A DNA stretch of 64,000 bases from Lachnospira sp. (GTDB lineage Bacteria > Bacillota > Clostridia > Lachnospirales > Lachnospiraceae). The position numbers and the translations under genes are program-made. Under the pieces are notes generated by a model that saw only the letters and a list, made by a program, of their open reading frames with translations, did not search any database and was not told the origin of the DNA. The stretch is taken from the NCBI GenBank assembly GCA_051879535.1, contig JBJEMF010000132.1, positions 5,078 to 69,077 of the forward strand, given 5' to 3'. Of the stretch, positions 18,867 through 28,962 are shown one piece after another; the stretch's first letter is position 1; every line of letters begins with the position of its first letter.

Positions 18867-21800
18867 GTGAATACATTTTTTGGACCCATTAGGGATATGG
18901 CTGCATTTGAACAATTGAATAAGGTTTTGGAGAAAAAGGGAGGACAGGCAGTTTCAATAAGCGGTTGCATTGACACCCAGAAGGTTCATATTTCAAGCGC
19001 TCTGGGAAGTTCCTTTAAGTTCAGGCTGTATATAACCGGTGATGAAGCTAAGGCACACAAAATGCAGGAAGATGCGGAATTTTTTAATAAAAATTCCATA
19101 TATTATCCTGCCAAGGATGCCATTTTTTACAGTGCGGATGTTCATGGTAATCAGATATCGGGAGAGAGGATAAGGTGTATATCGAGGATAATTGAGGAAC
19201 TGGAAAACAGTGATTCTCAAGGATTGACAGTAGTCACCACTATTGATGGTGTATCGGATATGCTTATCCCTTTGAGCAGATACAGGGAATCCATAATAAA
19301 TATAAAGGTTAACGGGGAGATTGACACAGAAGAATTTTGTAAAAATCTTGTGTCCATGGGGTATGAAAGAGTCCCAATGGTGGAAAGCAAAGGTCAGTTT
19401 GCAGTCCGGGGTGGAATAATAGATGTATTTTCTTATACGGATGAAGCACCTGTACGAATAGAACTGTGGGATACGGAAGTGGATTCCATAAGGATGTTTG
19501 ATGTGGAAAGTCAAAGATCTATTGAAAAACTTAAAGAATATAGGATATTTCCTGCAACAGAGTATCTTTTTACGGAAGAAGAGATTGAAAATGGAATTGA
19601 AAAAATCGGACATGAAGTTGAAGAACAATTAGAGAAGTTCGATTATGGAAAGAGGAAGCGAAGTCCGGAACAGATTGAGGCAGGGAACCGTTTAAACAGG
19701 ATTCTTTCAGATGCAGAAAGAACAGGAAATTATGAAAAATTTCTTGGGGCAATAATAGATAATACAGAGAGCTTTTTAGAGTATTTTCCTTTGGAAGATA
19801 CTCTTGTTGTGGTTGATGAACCCAACAGATTGAAGGAATGCAGTGAACTGTCAGTATATGAATACAGGGAAAGCATGAAGAACCGTCTTGCGGCAGGATA
19901 CGTAGTTCCTTGCGAAACCAATATGATAAAGGATTTCCCGGGTGTGGTATCAGGCATGAAGAATTACAAGAAGCTTATACTCACAACGTTAGATTATAAA
20001 CCGGAAGGATTTGATATTGATTATTCCCTGCGTGTGGAAGCAAGAAGCATCAGTTCTTACAACAACAGTTTTGAATATCTGGCAGAAGATCTTAACAGAT
20101 ACAAGAAAAAAGGGTACACAGCTATACTTGTGTGCAGTTCCAGAACAAGAGCAAAAAGAATTGTAGATGATCTTGGAAACCTGGGGATTGAAAGCTTTTA
20201 CACGGAAGATTTCACAAAGGAGTATGGGAAAGGTCTGATAATGGTCACCTATGGAAGCCTCCATAACGGGTTTGAATATCCTGTGCTTTCTTTTGTTGTT
20301 ATTGCGGAAAATGATATATTTACCGGTAAAAAGTTAAAAAAGATTAAGAAGAAAAAACATGATGGCAGAAACATATCCGGATTTAACGAGCTTAATGTAG
20401 GGGATTATGTGATTCATGAAAATCATGGACTGGGTGTGTATAAGGGGATTGAGAAGATTAAGGTAGAAGGTGTGGAGAAGGATTACATAAAGATATCCTA
20501 CGCCGATAACGGAAACCTCTATGTTCTTGCAACCCAGTTAGACAGACTGCAGAAATATGCAGCACAGGATACGGAAAAAAAGCCTAAGTTAAATAAGCTG
20601 GGTGGAACAGAATGGTCGAAGACTAAATCCAGAGTCAATAGGGCAGTGGAGGAAGTGGCAAAGGATCTTGTGGAACTGTACGCCCAAAGACAACAGTCAA
20701 AGGGATATAAGTACGCACCTGACACGGTATGGCAGAAGGAGTTTGAAGAAATGTTTCCTTATGAGGAAACACAGGATCAGCTTGCAGCCATTGAAGATAC
20801 CAAGGCAGATATGGAAAGCAGCCGTATAATGGACAGACTTATCTGCGGAGATGTGGGATACGGAAAGACGGAAATTGCCATAAGAGCTGCATTTAAAGCT
20901 ATACAGGAAGGCAAACAGGTAGCATATCTTGTTCCTACAACAGTTCTTGCCAGCCAGCATTATGCCACATTTACAGAAAGGATGAAGGGATTCCCGGTAA
21001 CAGTGGGCCTTCTTTCCAGCTTCAGGACTTCAGCCCAGAATAAGGAAACTATCAGTGAATTGAAAAAGGGATTTGTTGACGTTGTAATAGGAACACACAG
21101 ACTGCTGTCAAAGGATGTATCCTATAAGGATCTGGGACTGCTGATTATTGATGAAGAACAGAGATTTGGCGTTACTCATAAGGAGAAAATAAAGCAGTTA
21201 AAAAAGGATATAGATGTTCTTACACTGAGTGCAACTCCTATACCGAGAACTCTTCACATGAGTCTGGTGGGAATAAGGGATATGAGTGTTCTTACAGAGC
21301 CGCCTGTAGACAGAATTCCTATTCAGACATTTGTTACGGAACATAATGATGAAATGATACGAGAGGCAATTAACAGGGAATTGGCAAGGAATGGACAGGT
21401 GTACTATGTCTATAACAAGGTGAAATCCATAGATGAGATGACCTCCCACATACAGGAACTGGTTCCGGATGCCAATGTGGCTTACGCCCACGGACAGATG
21501 GATAAAAGGGCTTTGGAACGTATCATGTATGAATTTGTTAACGGGGAGATAGATGTACTGGTATCCACAACCATAATTGAAACAGGTATGGATATACCTA
21601 ACTGTAATACTATGATTATTGAGGATGCGGATAAATTTGGTCTTTCCCAGTTATATCAGCTTAGAGGCCGCGTGGGAAGAAGTAACAGGACGGCATACGC
21701 ATTTTTGCTGTACAGAAGAGATAAGCTGATAAGCGAAGTTGCGGAGAAAAGACTTAGTGCCATCCGGGAATTTTCGGATTTGGGTTCAGGATTTAAGATT

Positions 21801-22442
21801 GCCATGAAAGACCTTGAAATCAGAGGAGCAGGAAATGTGCTTGGTCGTACACAACATGGGCATATGGCTGCGGTTGGATATGATTTGTATTGTAAAATGC
21901 TTAATGAAGCCGTAAATAACCTTAAGGGAATACAAAATGAGTACTCTTTTGAAACAACAGTTGATTTGGACGTTGATGCATTTATACCGGCCACATATAT
22001 AAAGAGTGAATATCAAAAGCTTGATATATATAAGAGGATTGCTTCAATTGAGACAAGGGAAGAATTATCGGATATGATGGATGAACTTTCTGATAGATAC
22101 GGCTCTGTTCCGCGAAGTGCAGAGAATCTCTTAAAAATTGCCCTCATAAAATGTAAGGCTCACAAGATAGGTATTATGGAGATAAAAGGCGGAGTTATAC
22201 CATCATCACAAGGGTCTTCAATCTGGAAAACTACAATGACAGTATATGCTAAGGCTAATATTAATGCAGATAATATTGATGGTCTGATACAGAGTTACGG
22301 GGGTGCCCTGACATTTTCCACAAAAGTTTCTCCAACCTTTGTATGGTGTGTTACAAAGAAGAAATTTACCAATGACAGGGAGTATCTTGATGGATTGCTT
22401 GATGTGATGGATATAATGGAAAATTCTCTGGTAACGGAGTGA
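18867..22442 (+). CDS. mfd: Transcription-repair coupling factor
   Basis: UvrB-like N-terminus, RID (GDYVIHENHGLG), GDVGYGKT, DEEQRFG, QLRGRVGR, TRG motif DLEIRGAG. Confidence 0.96.
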   Translation: MNTFFGPIRDMAAFEQLNKVLEKKGGQAVSISGCIDTQKVHISSALGSSFKFRLYITGDEAKAHKMQEDAEFFNKNSIYYPAKDAIFYSADVHGNQISGERIRCISRIIEELENSDSQGLTVVTTIDGVSDMLIPLSRYRESIINIKVNGEIDTEEFCKNLVSMGYERVPMVESKGQFAVRGGIIDVFSYTDEAPVRIELWDTEVDSIRMFDVESQRSIEKLKEYRIFPATEYLFTEEEIENGIEKIGHEVEEQLEKFDYGKRKRSPEQIEAGNRLNRILSDAERTGNYEKFLGAIIDNTESFLEYFPLEDTLVVVDEPNRLKECSELSVYEYRESMKNRLAAGYVVPCETNMIKDFPGVVSGMKNYKKLILTTLDYKPEGFDIDYSLRVEARSISSYNNSFEYLAEDLNRYKKKGYTAILVCSSRTRAKRIVDDLGNLGIESFYTEDFTKEYGKGLIMVTYGSLHNGFEYPVLSFVVIAENDIFTGKKLKKIKKKKHDGRNISGFNELNVGDYVIHENHGLGVYKGIEKIKVEGVEKDYIKISYADNGNLYVLATQLDRLQKYAAQDTEKKPKLNKLGGTEWSKTKSRVNRAVEEVAKDLVELYAQRQQSKGYKYAPDTVWQKEFEEMFPYEETQDQLAAIEDTKADMESSRIMDRLICGDVGYGKTEIAIRAAFKAIQEGKQVAYLVPTTVLASQHYATFTERMKGFPVTVGLLSSFRTSAQNKETISELKKGFVDVVIGTHRLLSKDVSYKDLGLLIIDEEQRFGVTHKEKIKQLKKDIDVLTLSATPIPRTLHMSLVGIRDMSVLTEPPVDRIPIQTFVTEHNDEMIREAINRELARNGQVYYVYNKVKSIDEMTSHIQELVPDANVAYAHGQMDKRALERIMYEFVNGEIDVLVSTTIIETGMDIPNCNTMIIEDADKFGLSQLYQLRGRVGRSNRTAYAFLLYRRDKLISEVAEKRLSAIREFSDLGSGFKIAMKDLEIRGAGNVLGRTQHGHMAAVGYDLYCKMLNEAVNNLKGIQNEYSFETTVDLDVDAFIPATYIKSEYQKLDIYKRIASIETREELSDMMDELSDRYGSVPRSAENLLKIALIKCKAHKIGIMEIKGGVIPSSQGSSIWKTTMTVYAKANINADNIDGLIQSYGGALTFSTKVSPTFVWCVTKKKFTNDREYLDGLLDVMDIMENSLVTE

Positions 22443-22543
22443 GATTGTAAGCATGCATATATGTAATATAGATAAATAATGTTAATAATAATCTGGCTAT
22501 GTGGGAACAGTAATTAAATAATTAAATAAAATTTAAATAAGGC

Positions 22544-22612
22544 TTTACATATTAATAAAATGTGATATAATTACAAACAGTTTAGCACTTTAAAGCGTTG
22601 CGCTTTAAAGTG
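22544..22612 (+). promoter_or_regulatory. Sigma-A promoter plus downstream perfect inverted repeat (operator or leader hairpin)
   Basis: TTTACA-N16-TATAAT with TG extension (22544-22571); cactttaaagcg-ttg-cgctttaaagtg (22586-22612). Confidence 0.6.
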
Positions 22613-22633
22613 ACTCAGAATGGAGGAAGAATT

Positions 22634-23611
22634 ATGGAACAAAAGGGAGAGTTAGTGTCATTCAGACCTGACATTAAAGTAGTTGATTGTACATTAAGAG
22701 ATGGAGGACTTGTCAATAATTTTGAATTTACAGATGAGTTTGTCCGGGATTTATATAAGGCTAACGTGGCAGCAGGCATTGATTATATGGAATTCGGATA
22801 TAAGGCATCCAAAGAAGTATTCAATGTTGAAGATTTTGGAAAGTGGAAGTTCTGTGATGAAAAGGACATCAGAGAAATAGTAGGAGACAACAATACAGAT
22901 CTTAAGATTTCTGTTATGGCTGATGTTGGAAGAACAGATTTCAAAAAGGATATTGGCCCGAAATCTGAGAGTGTTGTAGATATGGTCAGGGTTGCAACAT
23001 ATATTAATACTATTCCGGCTGCAATTGAGATGATAAATTATTGTGCAGATATGGGATATGAGGTAACTATTAACATTATGGCTATCTCTACAGCAAGTGA
23101 GACAGAGCTTGATCTTGCCCTTGAACTTCTGGCATCACAGAGTAAGGCAAGTGTTATATATCTTGTAGACAGTTACGGTTCATTGTATCCTGAACAGATA
23201 AGAAGACTTGCAGATAAATATCTTAAGGTTGCAGAGAAGTATGGTAAGAGCGTTGGTATTCATGCTCATAATAATCAGCAGCTTGCATTCGCCAATACAA
23301 TTGAGGCAGCCACTATCGGCGTAAGTTTTCTTGACGTAACAATGAGCGGTATGGGAAGAGGAGCAGGAAATTGCTATACAGAGCTTCTTATGGGATTCTT
23401 AAGAAACCCTAAGTACAGGATTTCTCCGGTTCTTAAGTTCATTGAGAAGCAGATTGTTCCATTAAAGAACAGTGGTGTAGTCTGGGGATGCGATGTTCAG
23501 TATATGCTTACGGGACAGACTAACCAGCATCCGAGAACGGCTATTGCATTTACCGGCGAGAAGAGAACAGATTATGATGCCTTCTATACATCAATAACCA
23601 ATTATGAATAA
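22634..23611 (+). CDS. DRE-TIM (HMGL-like) metallolyase, 4-hydroxy-2-oxovalerate aldolase-like catalytic domain
   Basis: DCTLRDGG, YLVDSYG, GIHAHNN, GMGRGAGN. ATG at 22634 follows GGAGGA. Confidence 0.8.
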   Translation: MEQKGELVSFRPDIKVVDCTLRDGGLVNNFEFTDEFVRDLYKANVAAGIDYMEFGYKASKEVFNVEDFGKWKFCDEKDIREIVGDNNTDLKISVMADVGRTDFKKDIGPKSESVVDMVRVATYINTIPAAIEMINYCADMGYEVTINIMAISTASETELDLALELLASQSKASVIYLVDSYGSLYPEQIRRLADKYLKVAEKYGKSVGIHAHNNQQLAFANTIEAATIGVSFLDVTMSGMGRGAGNCYTELLMGFLRNPKYRISPVLKFIEKQIVPLKNSGVVWGCDVQYMLTGQTNQHPRTAIAFTGEKRTDYDAFYTSITNYE

Positions 23612-23619
23612 AGAGTAAG

Positions 23620-23661
23620 ATAGGGCTGTTGTAATAAATAATCTTATTACGGCAGCCCTAT
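23620..23661 (+). terminator. Stem-loop terminator
   Basis: atagggctgttgtaataa / ttattacggcagccctat. Confidence 0.7.
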
Positions 23662-23663
23662 TA

Positions 23664-23692
23664 TTGACTTATGAATTAAGTGGGTTTACAAT
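23664..23692 (+). promoter_or_regulatory. Sigma-A promoter of ilvE
   Basis: TTGACT-N17-TACAAT. Confidence 0.65.
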
Positions 23693-23791
23693 TATTCTCA
23701 AATGAAAATATAAGGTAATGCGCAGGCCTTCAAAGCAGACACAATAAGACTTGTACACTAACTAATTGAATACGAAAGGAAGTATTTTAAA

Positions 23792-24820
23792 ATGGCAGAG
23801 AAGAAAAATATTGATTGGGCTAATCTTGGATTTGGCTATATGAAGACAGATAAAAGATTTGTAGCTAACTTCAAAGATGGAGCATGGGATGAGGGAACTC
23901 TTACAGATGATGACAAGGTAGTTATCAGTGAATGTGCCGGTGTTCTTCAGTATGCTCAGACTTGTTTTGAGGGATTAAAGGCATATACAACAGAAGATGG
24001 ACATATTGTAATGTTCCGTCCGGATATGAATGCCAGCAGAATGAAGGATTCATGTAACAGACTTGAAATGCCTGTATTTCCTGAGGATAAATTTGTTGAG
24101 GCAGTAGCACAGACAGTTAAAGCAAATGCTGCGTATGTTCCACCATTTGGTTCAGGAGCAACACTTTACATTCGTCCGTATATGTTTGGAAGTAACCCTG
24201 TTATAGGTGTTAAGCCGGCAGATGAATACCAGTTCAGAGTATTTGTAACTCCTGTAGGACCATATTTCAAGGGTGGTGCTAAGCCGCTTACAATCAAGGT
24301 ATCTGATTTCGATAGAGCAGCACCTCACGGTACAGGACATATTAAGGCAGGTCTTAACTATGCCATGAGCTTACATGCAATTGTTACAGCACATGAAGAA
24401 GGTTACGCAGAGAATATGTATCTTGATCCTGCAACAAGAACTAAGGTTGAGGAGACAGGTGGAGCAAACTTCCTGTTTGTTACTAAGGATGGCAAGGTTG
24501 TAACACCTAAGTCAAACAGTATTCTTCCATCAATTACAAGACGTTCATTAGTTCATGTTGCTAAGGAATATCTTGGACTTGAGGTTGAAGAAAGAGAAGT
24601 TCTTCTCGAGGAAGTTAAGGATTTTGCAGAGTGTGGACTTTGTGGTACGGCAGCAGTTATTTCACCTGTAGGAAAGATTGTTGATCATGGAAATGAAATC
24701 GCATTCCCAAGCGGAATGGAGAAGATGGGTCCTGTAATCCAGAAGTTATATGATACACTGACAGGTATCCAGATGGGCAAGATTGAAGCTCCGGAAGGAT
24801 GGATTTATACAGTGGAATAA
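23792..24820 (+). CDS. ilvE: Branched-chain amino acid aminotransferase
   Basis: LQYAQTCFEGLKAY, LYIRP, KAGLNY (PLP lysine), EETGGANF, ILPSITR, GTAAVISP. Confidence 0.95.
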   Translation: MAEKKNIDWANLGFGYMKTDKRFVANFKDGAWDEGTLTDDDKVVISECAGVLQYAQTCFEGLKAYTTEDGHIVMFRPDMNASRMKDSCNRLEMPVFPEDKFVEAVAQTVKANAAYVPPFGSGATLYIRPYMFGSNPVIGVKPADEYQFRVFVTPVGPYFKGGAKPLTIKVSDFDRAAPHGTGHIKAGLNYAMSLHAIVTAHEEGYAENMYLDPATRTKVEETGGANFLFVTKDGKVVTPKSNSILPSITRRSLVHVAKEYLGLEVEEREVLLEEVKDFAECGLCGTAAVISPVGKIVDHGNEIAFPSGMEKMGPVIQKLYDTLTGIQMGKIEAPEGWIYTVE

Positions 24821-24859
24821 TCCGAAATTATAGTATATATCTCATAACGTATTATTTGG

Positions 24860-24895
24860 TTCGGCTAAGATGTAAACGCTTAGCCGAATTTTTTT
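24860..24895 (+). terminator. Terminator after ilvE
   Basis: ttcggctaag / cttagccgaa followed by T7. Confidence 0.88.
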
Positions 24896-25016
24896 AGGGA
24901 GAATTGTCACAAAATGTCAGTATTTAAGAAAAAATGATGAGAATTTTTAACTGGATTTTTGAAGATGTTTATGGTAGTATATCTGTTACAAGCTTTAGTA
25001 AAAAGAGGTGATATAG

Positions 25017-25247
25017 ATGTCTGAAATCGGAACTATGGAGCGAGTTATTCGTTCTGATATATCAATGGAAGAAAGCAAGAAGGTAGAGAAGATACTAAGA
25101 CAGAATAACATATCATATTTTGAAAGATGGAAAGTGCATAAAGGTTTGTTTAAATTCCTGAATAATGATAAGAATGCAAAGTGTGATATATTGATACATA
25201 AGGATTCCTATGAGAAGGCAAAAGAAGTATTAGGAGATGCAAAGTAG
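25017..25247 (+). CDS. Small hypothetical protein (76 aa)
   Basis: RBS AGAGGTG and its own terminator. Pattern L..NNISY...I.IHK..YEKAKE.L is reminiscent of DUF2007/PII-like small proteins. Confidence 0.65.
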   Translation: MSEIGTMERVIRSDISMEESKKVEKILRQNNISYFERWKVHKGLFKFLNNDKNAKCDILIHKDSYEKAKEVLGDAK

Positions 25248-25266
25248 AATAGGATAGTGTATATTT

Positions 25267-25322
25267 AAAGGGCTGTCTACTAAGTATTATTTTAAGGCAA
25301 TATACTTGGTACGGCCCTTTTT
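25267..25322 (+). terminator. Stem-loop terminator
   Basis: aaagggctgt..tactaagtat / atacttggtacggcccttt followed by T. Confidence 0.7.
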
Positions 25323-25420
25323 ATGTTATATAATGTATTTTACCAGACCACTGCAAAACGGATTGGCAAATGATGTTCGTTTCGCAATTAACTAAGGGTT
25401 TATAGTAAAGGGGTGTTAAA

Positions 25421-26572
25421 GTGAAAGAAAAAGAAATTGAAGAGCTGGAGCTTATTGATGTGGATGAGCTTAGCAGGCAGATTGTTGCAGATTCCATGAA
25501 AAATGTTTCGGAGGATGAAACACAACAGGAAGACGGAAAGAAGACCAATAAAGAAAGCAACAACAAAAAAGCCGGGAACAGTACTGTTGTAAAGGTAGTG
25601 AGGAGAGCATTAATCAGTGTTGCAACAGCATTGCTTGTGGCTGTTGTAGGCATTCTGGGAGTTGTACTGATTCTCGAATTTGGTCCTTCAACAACAGCAA
25701 GAAATCTTTTTGTGAATTCAGCTATGGAGTCCAGTGCCGGCAAGTTTCTTGCTCAGATGTTTATATCTAAGGAAAAGATTGAAGAGATAAGAAATGTTAA
25801 TTCCGTTGCCAGTACAGATGATGTAACCGATACATCTCTTCTTACATTTACAGGAGAAGAGGCGCAGGTGGATGTCAATGATGAAAGACCGGATATCGAA
25901 ATTATAGATATTCAAGGAGATACATACAGAGGTAAGCTTATGAAGGTTAAGGACCCGTCAAGGGTTACAGTGGGTATAAGCGGAGCCTTCGGTTCGGAGT
26001 ATAAGGGAAAGACAGTAAAAGATATGGCCGATGCGGCAGGAGCTATAGCTGCGGTTAACGGTGGTGGTTTTGAAGATATCAGTGGTATGGGTAACGGAGG
26101 AACACCAATAGGAGTTGTAATTTCCAACGGAGTATTAAAGAATGGTTCCATGGGCGCTACTTATGAGATGATAGGGTTTGATAACAACAATGCTCTTGTG
26201 GTAGGAAGAATGACAGCAGCACAGGCATTGGAAAGAGGCGTAAGAGATGCAATAAGTTTTGGCCCGATTCTTATAGTCAACGGGGAAGCCTCTGAGGTAA
26301 ACGGAACAGGAAGCGGATTAAATCCTCGTACTGCAATAGGACAGTGTGCTGATGGAACAGTGCTTTTGCTCACAATAGACGGAAGGCATGTAAACAGCCT
26401 TGGCGGAACCTATCAGGATATTATAGATATAATGCTTGCCAACGGAGCAGTTAATGCAGCAAATCTTGACGGAGGTTCATCAACGCTTATGTACTATAAC
26501 GGTGAGTATATTAACAATTGTGCATCTTTGTACGGAGCAAGGAATATGCCCACATGTTTTCTTGTAAAGTAG
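25421..26572 (+). CDS. Membrane-anchored phosphodiester glycosidase (NAGPA family)
   Basis: One TM helix; AVNGGGF, FGPILIVNG, NPRTAIG, IDGR, ANLDGGSST. Confidence 0.85.
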   Translation: MKEKEIEELELIDVDELSRQIVADSMKNVSEDETQQEDGKKTNKESNNKKAGNSTVVKVVRRALISVATALLVAVVGILGVVLILEFGPSTTARNLFVNSAMESSAGKFLAQMFISKEKIEEIRNVNSVASTDDVTDTSLLTFTGEEAQVDVNDERPDIEIIDIQGDTYRGKLMKVKDPSRVTVGISGAFGSEYKGKTVKDMADAAGAIAAVNGGGFEDISGMGNGGTPIGVVISNGVLKNGSMGATYEMIGFDNNNALVVGRMTAAQALERGVRDAISFGPILIVNGEASEVNGTGSGLNPRTAIGQCADGTVLLLTIDGRHVNSLGGTYQDIIDIMLANGAVNAANLDGGSSTLMYYNGEYINNCASLYGARNMPTCFLVK

Positions 26573-26627
26573 ATTATGCATAGTTTCGTACAAGAGATAT
26601 TACATATTAGAGATTTTGAGGATTGAT

Positions 26628-27725
26628 ATGAAAAAAAAGGAAAAAGGCATATTTTGGAAAATATATGGAATAGTAGTAATTCTCTCACTTATAGTGATAG
26701 CCGGTGTGTGGGTTTTGTTGTGGAATTTCCTTTCTGCTTATGAAAAATCCCAGCCGGAGCATGTTGCAGATAAAGTTGTAGCGGAACTTAATGACAAAAA
26801 GGCTGACGCTATTTCATGTTATCTTAGTGAAGAGGTGTCAGAGCTTCAGGACAAGACACTATATGAGGAATACATATCAAATTTTCTGTCTGAATTTCTG
26901 GATGGGGAATGGTCATATGCAAAAAAATCCGGAGAATATTCTAAGGAAAGTCCGGTATATAAGCTGAAAAAAGACGGTAAGTCAATGGCAGTACTCTATC
27001 TTAAGATGGAGGAGGACAGGGCTGCATTTAATACCCCAAGGTGGAGTGTGGACAGGATTGAAGGTATTGAGACCAAAGGCAGAACTATAACTATTGAGGT
27101 TCCTAAGGGCTCGGAGGTCACATTTAATAATACTTTACTTTCGGCTGAATATGTAACAGAGGATGATGTGGAAAACAGCAGACTGGGAAATGTTTCAAAT
27201 TTTATAACAGCGCCTAAGATGACAATATATTCAGTTAAAGGTATATATACGGAGCCTCAGATTTCAGTAAAAGGACCTGTATACGGAGAGCCTCTTTCAG
27301 TTGATGATATGGAAGATGATAAATATGTGTATGGATTTGAAAGTGGAAGCACAGAGGTGGCTAATCAGGAGAGCAGGATAATAACTATATCCAAAACCTA
27401 TGGAAATTATGTAACCAATGATTTGAAGTTTTCTTCACTATCTCCGTATATTTTGCCGGATTCTTATGCTTACGATTTCTTATGGGGTGTCAGTTCTACC
27501 AATTATTGGTTCACAGAGCACACATCAACTGATTTTGAAAATATGAAGGTGTATAATTATCAGGTATATACGGATGATTGTTTCTCCTGTGAAGTGACTT
27601 TTGATCAGATTGTTATGAGGGGCTCAAAGAAATACACGTTCCCTACCCACATAAAATATATATTTGTTAAAAAAGATGGACAGTGGTATGTTGCTGATAT
27701 ATCATTAAAAAGCACAGAAGAATAA
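26628..27725 (+). CDS. Membrane-anchored hypothetical protein, C-terminus possibly NTF2-like
   Basis: N-terminal TM after a basic stretch; ends FVKKDGQWYVADI. ATG at 26628 follows GAGGA. Confidence 0.7.
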   Translation: MKKKEKGIFWKIYGIVVILSLIVIAGVWVLLWNFLSAYEKSQPEHVADKVVAELNDKKADAISCYLSEEVSELQDKTLYEEYISNFLSEFLDGEWSYAKKSGEYSKESPVYKLKKDGKSMAVLYLKMEEDRAAFNTPRWSVDRIEGIETKGRTITIEVPKGSEVTFNNTLLSAEYVTEDDVENSRLGNVSNFITAPKMTIYSVKGIYTEPQISVKGPVYGEPLSVDDMEDDKYVYGFESGSTEVANQESRIITISKTYGNYVTNDLKFSSLSPYILPDSYAYDFLWGVSSTNYWFTEHTSTDFENMKVYNYQVYTDDCFSCEVTFDQIVMRGSKKYTFPTHIKYIFVKKDGQWYVADISLKSTEE

Positions 27726-27732
27726 TTTGTGA

Positions 27733-27819
27733 GGATTTTTTCTTCGAAAAAACAAAGGAGGAAAATTCCTCTCCTCGCCAGAGGGCTCGGATTTTTTCTT
27801 CGAAAAAACAAAGGAGGAA
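27733..27819 (+). repeat. 31-bp perfect direct repeat (2 copies, 25-bp spacer), each copy carrying an SD sequence
   Basis: ggattttttcttcgaaaaaacaaaggaggaa at 27733-27763 and 27789-27819. Confidence 0.9.
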
Positions 27820-27821
27820 TT

Positions 27822-28952
27822 ATGGTAGCAGAAAAAACAGTAAAGAAGTTTCTTTCTATGATGTGCCTGTTTTCAGTTGTTTCCCTTTCATTGTGGGGAT
27901 GCGGAAAGCAAACCGAGACGGTGGATAATCCGGAGGTGGAAAGCTCCACACAGGAGGAAACTGTTGATATTCACCCCTTTGATTTTACTTTATGCTTTGC
28001 CGGAGATATTAATCTGGCAGAGGGTGAGGTAACTACGAAGCAGTTAGACCAAAGCAATGGAGATATTACAAAATGTATTTCTCCGGAGCTTATAAAATAT
28101 ATGAAGGATGCAGACCTTACGTTGGTCAATAATGAATTCTGTTACAGCAACAGAGGTACGCCTCTCCCTAATAAGGCGTGGACCTTCAGGGCAAACACAT
28201 CAAGAGTATCGGTGCTTAAGGATATGGGAGTGGATGTTGTCCAGCTTGCCAATAATCACGTGTATGATTACGGAGAAGAAGCAATTCTGGACACATTTTC
28301 CACATTGGAAAGTGCAGGCATTCCTTATGTTGGAGCAGGAAGAAATCTTTCTGAGGCTATGAAGCCTTACTACACTGAGATAGACGGAAAGAAGATTGCC
28401 ATAGTAGCTGCTTCCAGAGCGGAAAAATACAGAATGACACCACAGGCTACAGAAAATTCGGCCGGTATATTAAGGTGCTATGATACAACACTTTACCTTC
28501 AGGAAATCCAAGAGGCCAGAGCCAATGCAGATTATGTAATAGCAATAGTTCACTGGGGAACAGAGCACACCACGGTATTGGAAGATGTGCAGAAATCAAC
28601 GGCGAGGGATTACATAGATGCAGGTGCGGATGTTATAATCGGCGGTCACAGCCACTGCCTTCAGGGAATTGAATATTATAAGGGAAAGCCGATTTTCTAC
28701 AGTTTGGGAAATTTCTGGTTTGATGAATATGATATTGATACAATGCTTGTTAATCTGAGATTTACCGGGGATGATAATACGGGAAGCAACCTTCAGGTAT
28801 CTGTTGTGCCTGCGGTACAGTCTAACTATGTGACAACTATTTACAGTGCACAGGAAGATAGATTACAATTATTTAACTATCTTGAAAGTATATCAATAAA
28901 TGCTTCACTGGACCGTAATGGTGTGGTGACAGAAACCAAGTCCGGAGAATAA
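27822..28952 (+). CDS. CapA/PGA_cap family metallophosphoesterase lipoprotein
   Basis: Lipobox LWGC; FAGDI, VNNE, LANNHVYDYG, VHWGTE, GGHSH, YSLGNF. ATG at 27822 follows AAGGAGG. Confidence 0.88.
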   Translation: MVAEKTVKKFLSMMCLFSVVSLSLWGCGKQTETVDNPEVESSTQEETVDIHPFDFTLCFAGDINLAEGEVTTKQLDQSNGDITKCISPELIKYMKDADLTLVNNEFCYSNRGTPLPNKAWTFRANTSRVSVLKDMGVDVVQLANNHVYDYGEEAILDTFSTLESAGIPYVGAGRNLSEAMKPYYTEIDGKKIAIVAASRAEKYRMTPQATENSAGILRCYDTTLYLQEIQEARANADYVIAIVHWGTEHTTVLEDVQKSTARDYIDAGADVIIGGHSHCLQGIEYYKGKPIFYSLGNFWFDEYDIDTMLVNLRFTGDDNTGSNLQVSVVPAVQSNYVTTIYSAQEDRLQLFNYLESISINASLDRNGVVTETKSGE

Positions 28953-28962
28953 AAAAAGCAGG

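Noticed and set aside
27733-27819. Mini CRISPR array (31-bp repeat, 25-bp spacer)
   Set aside because: Only two repeats, each containing an SD sequence, with no leader or cas genes in the window.
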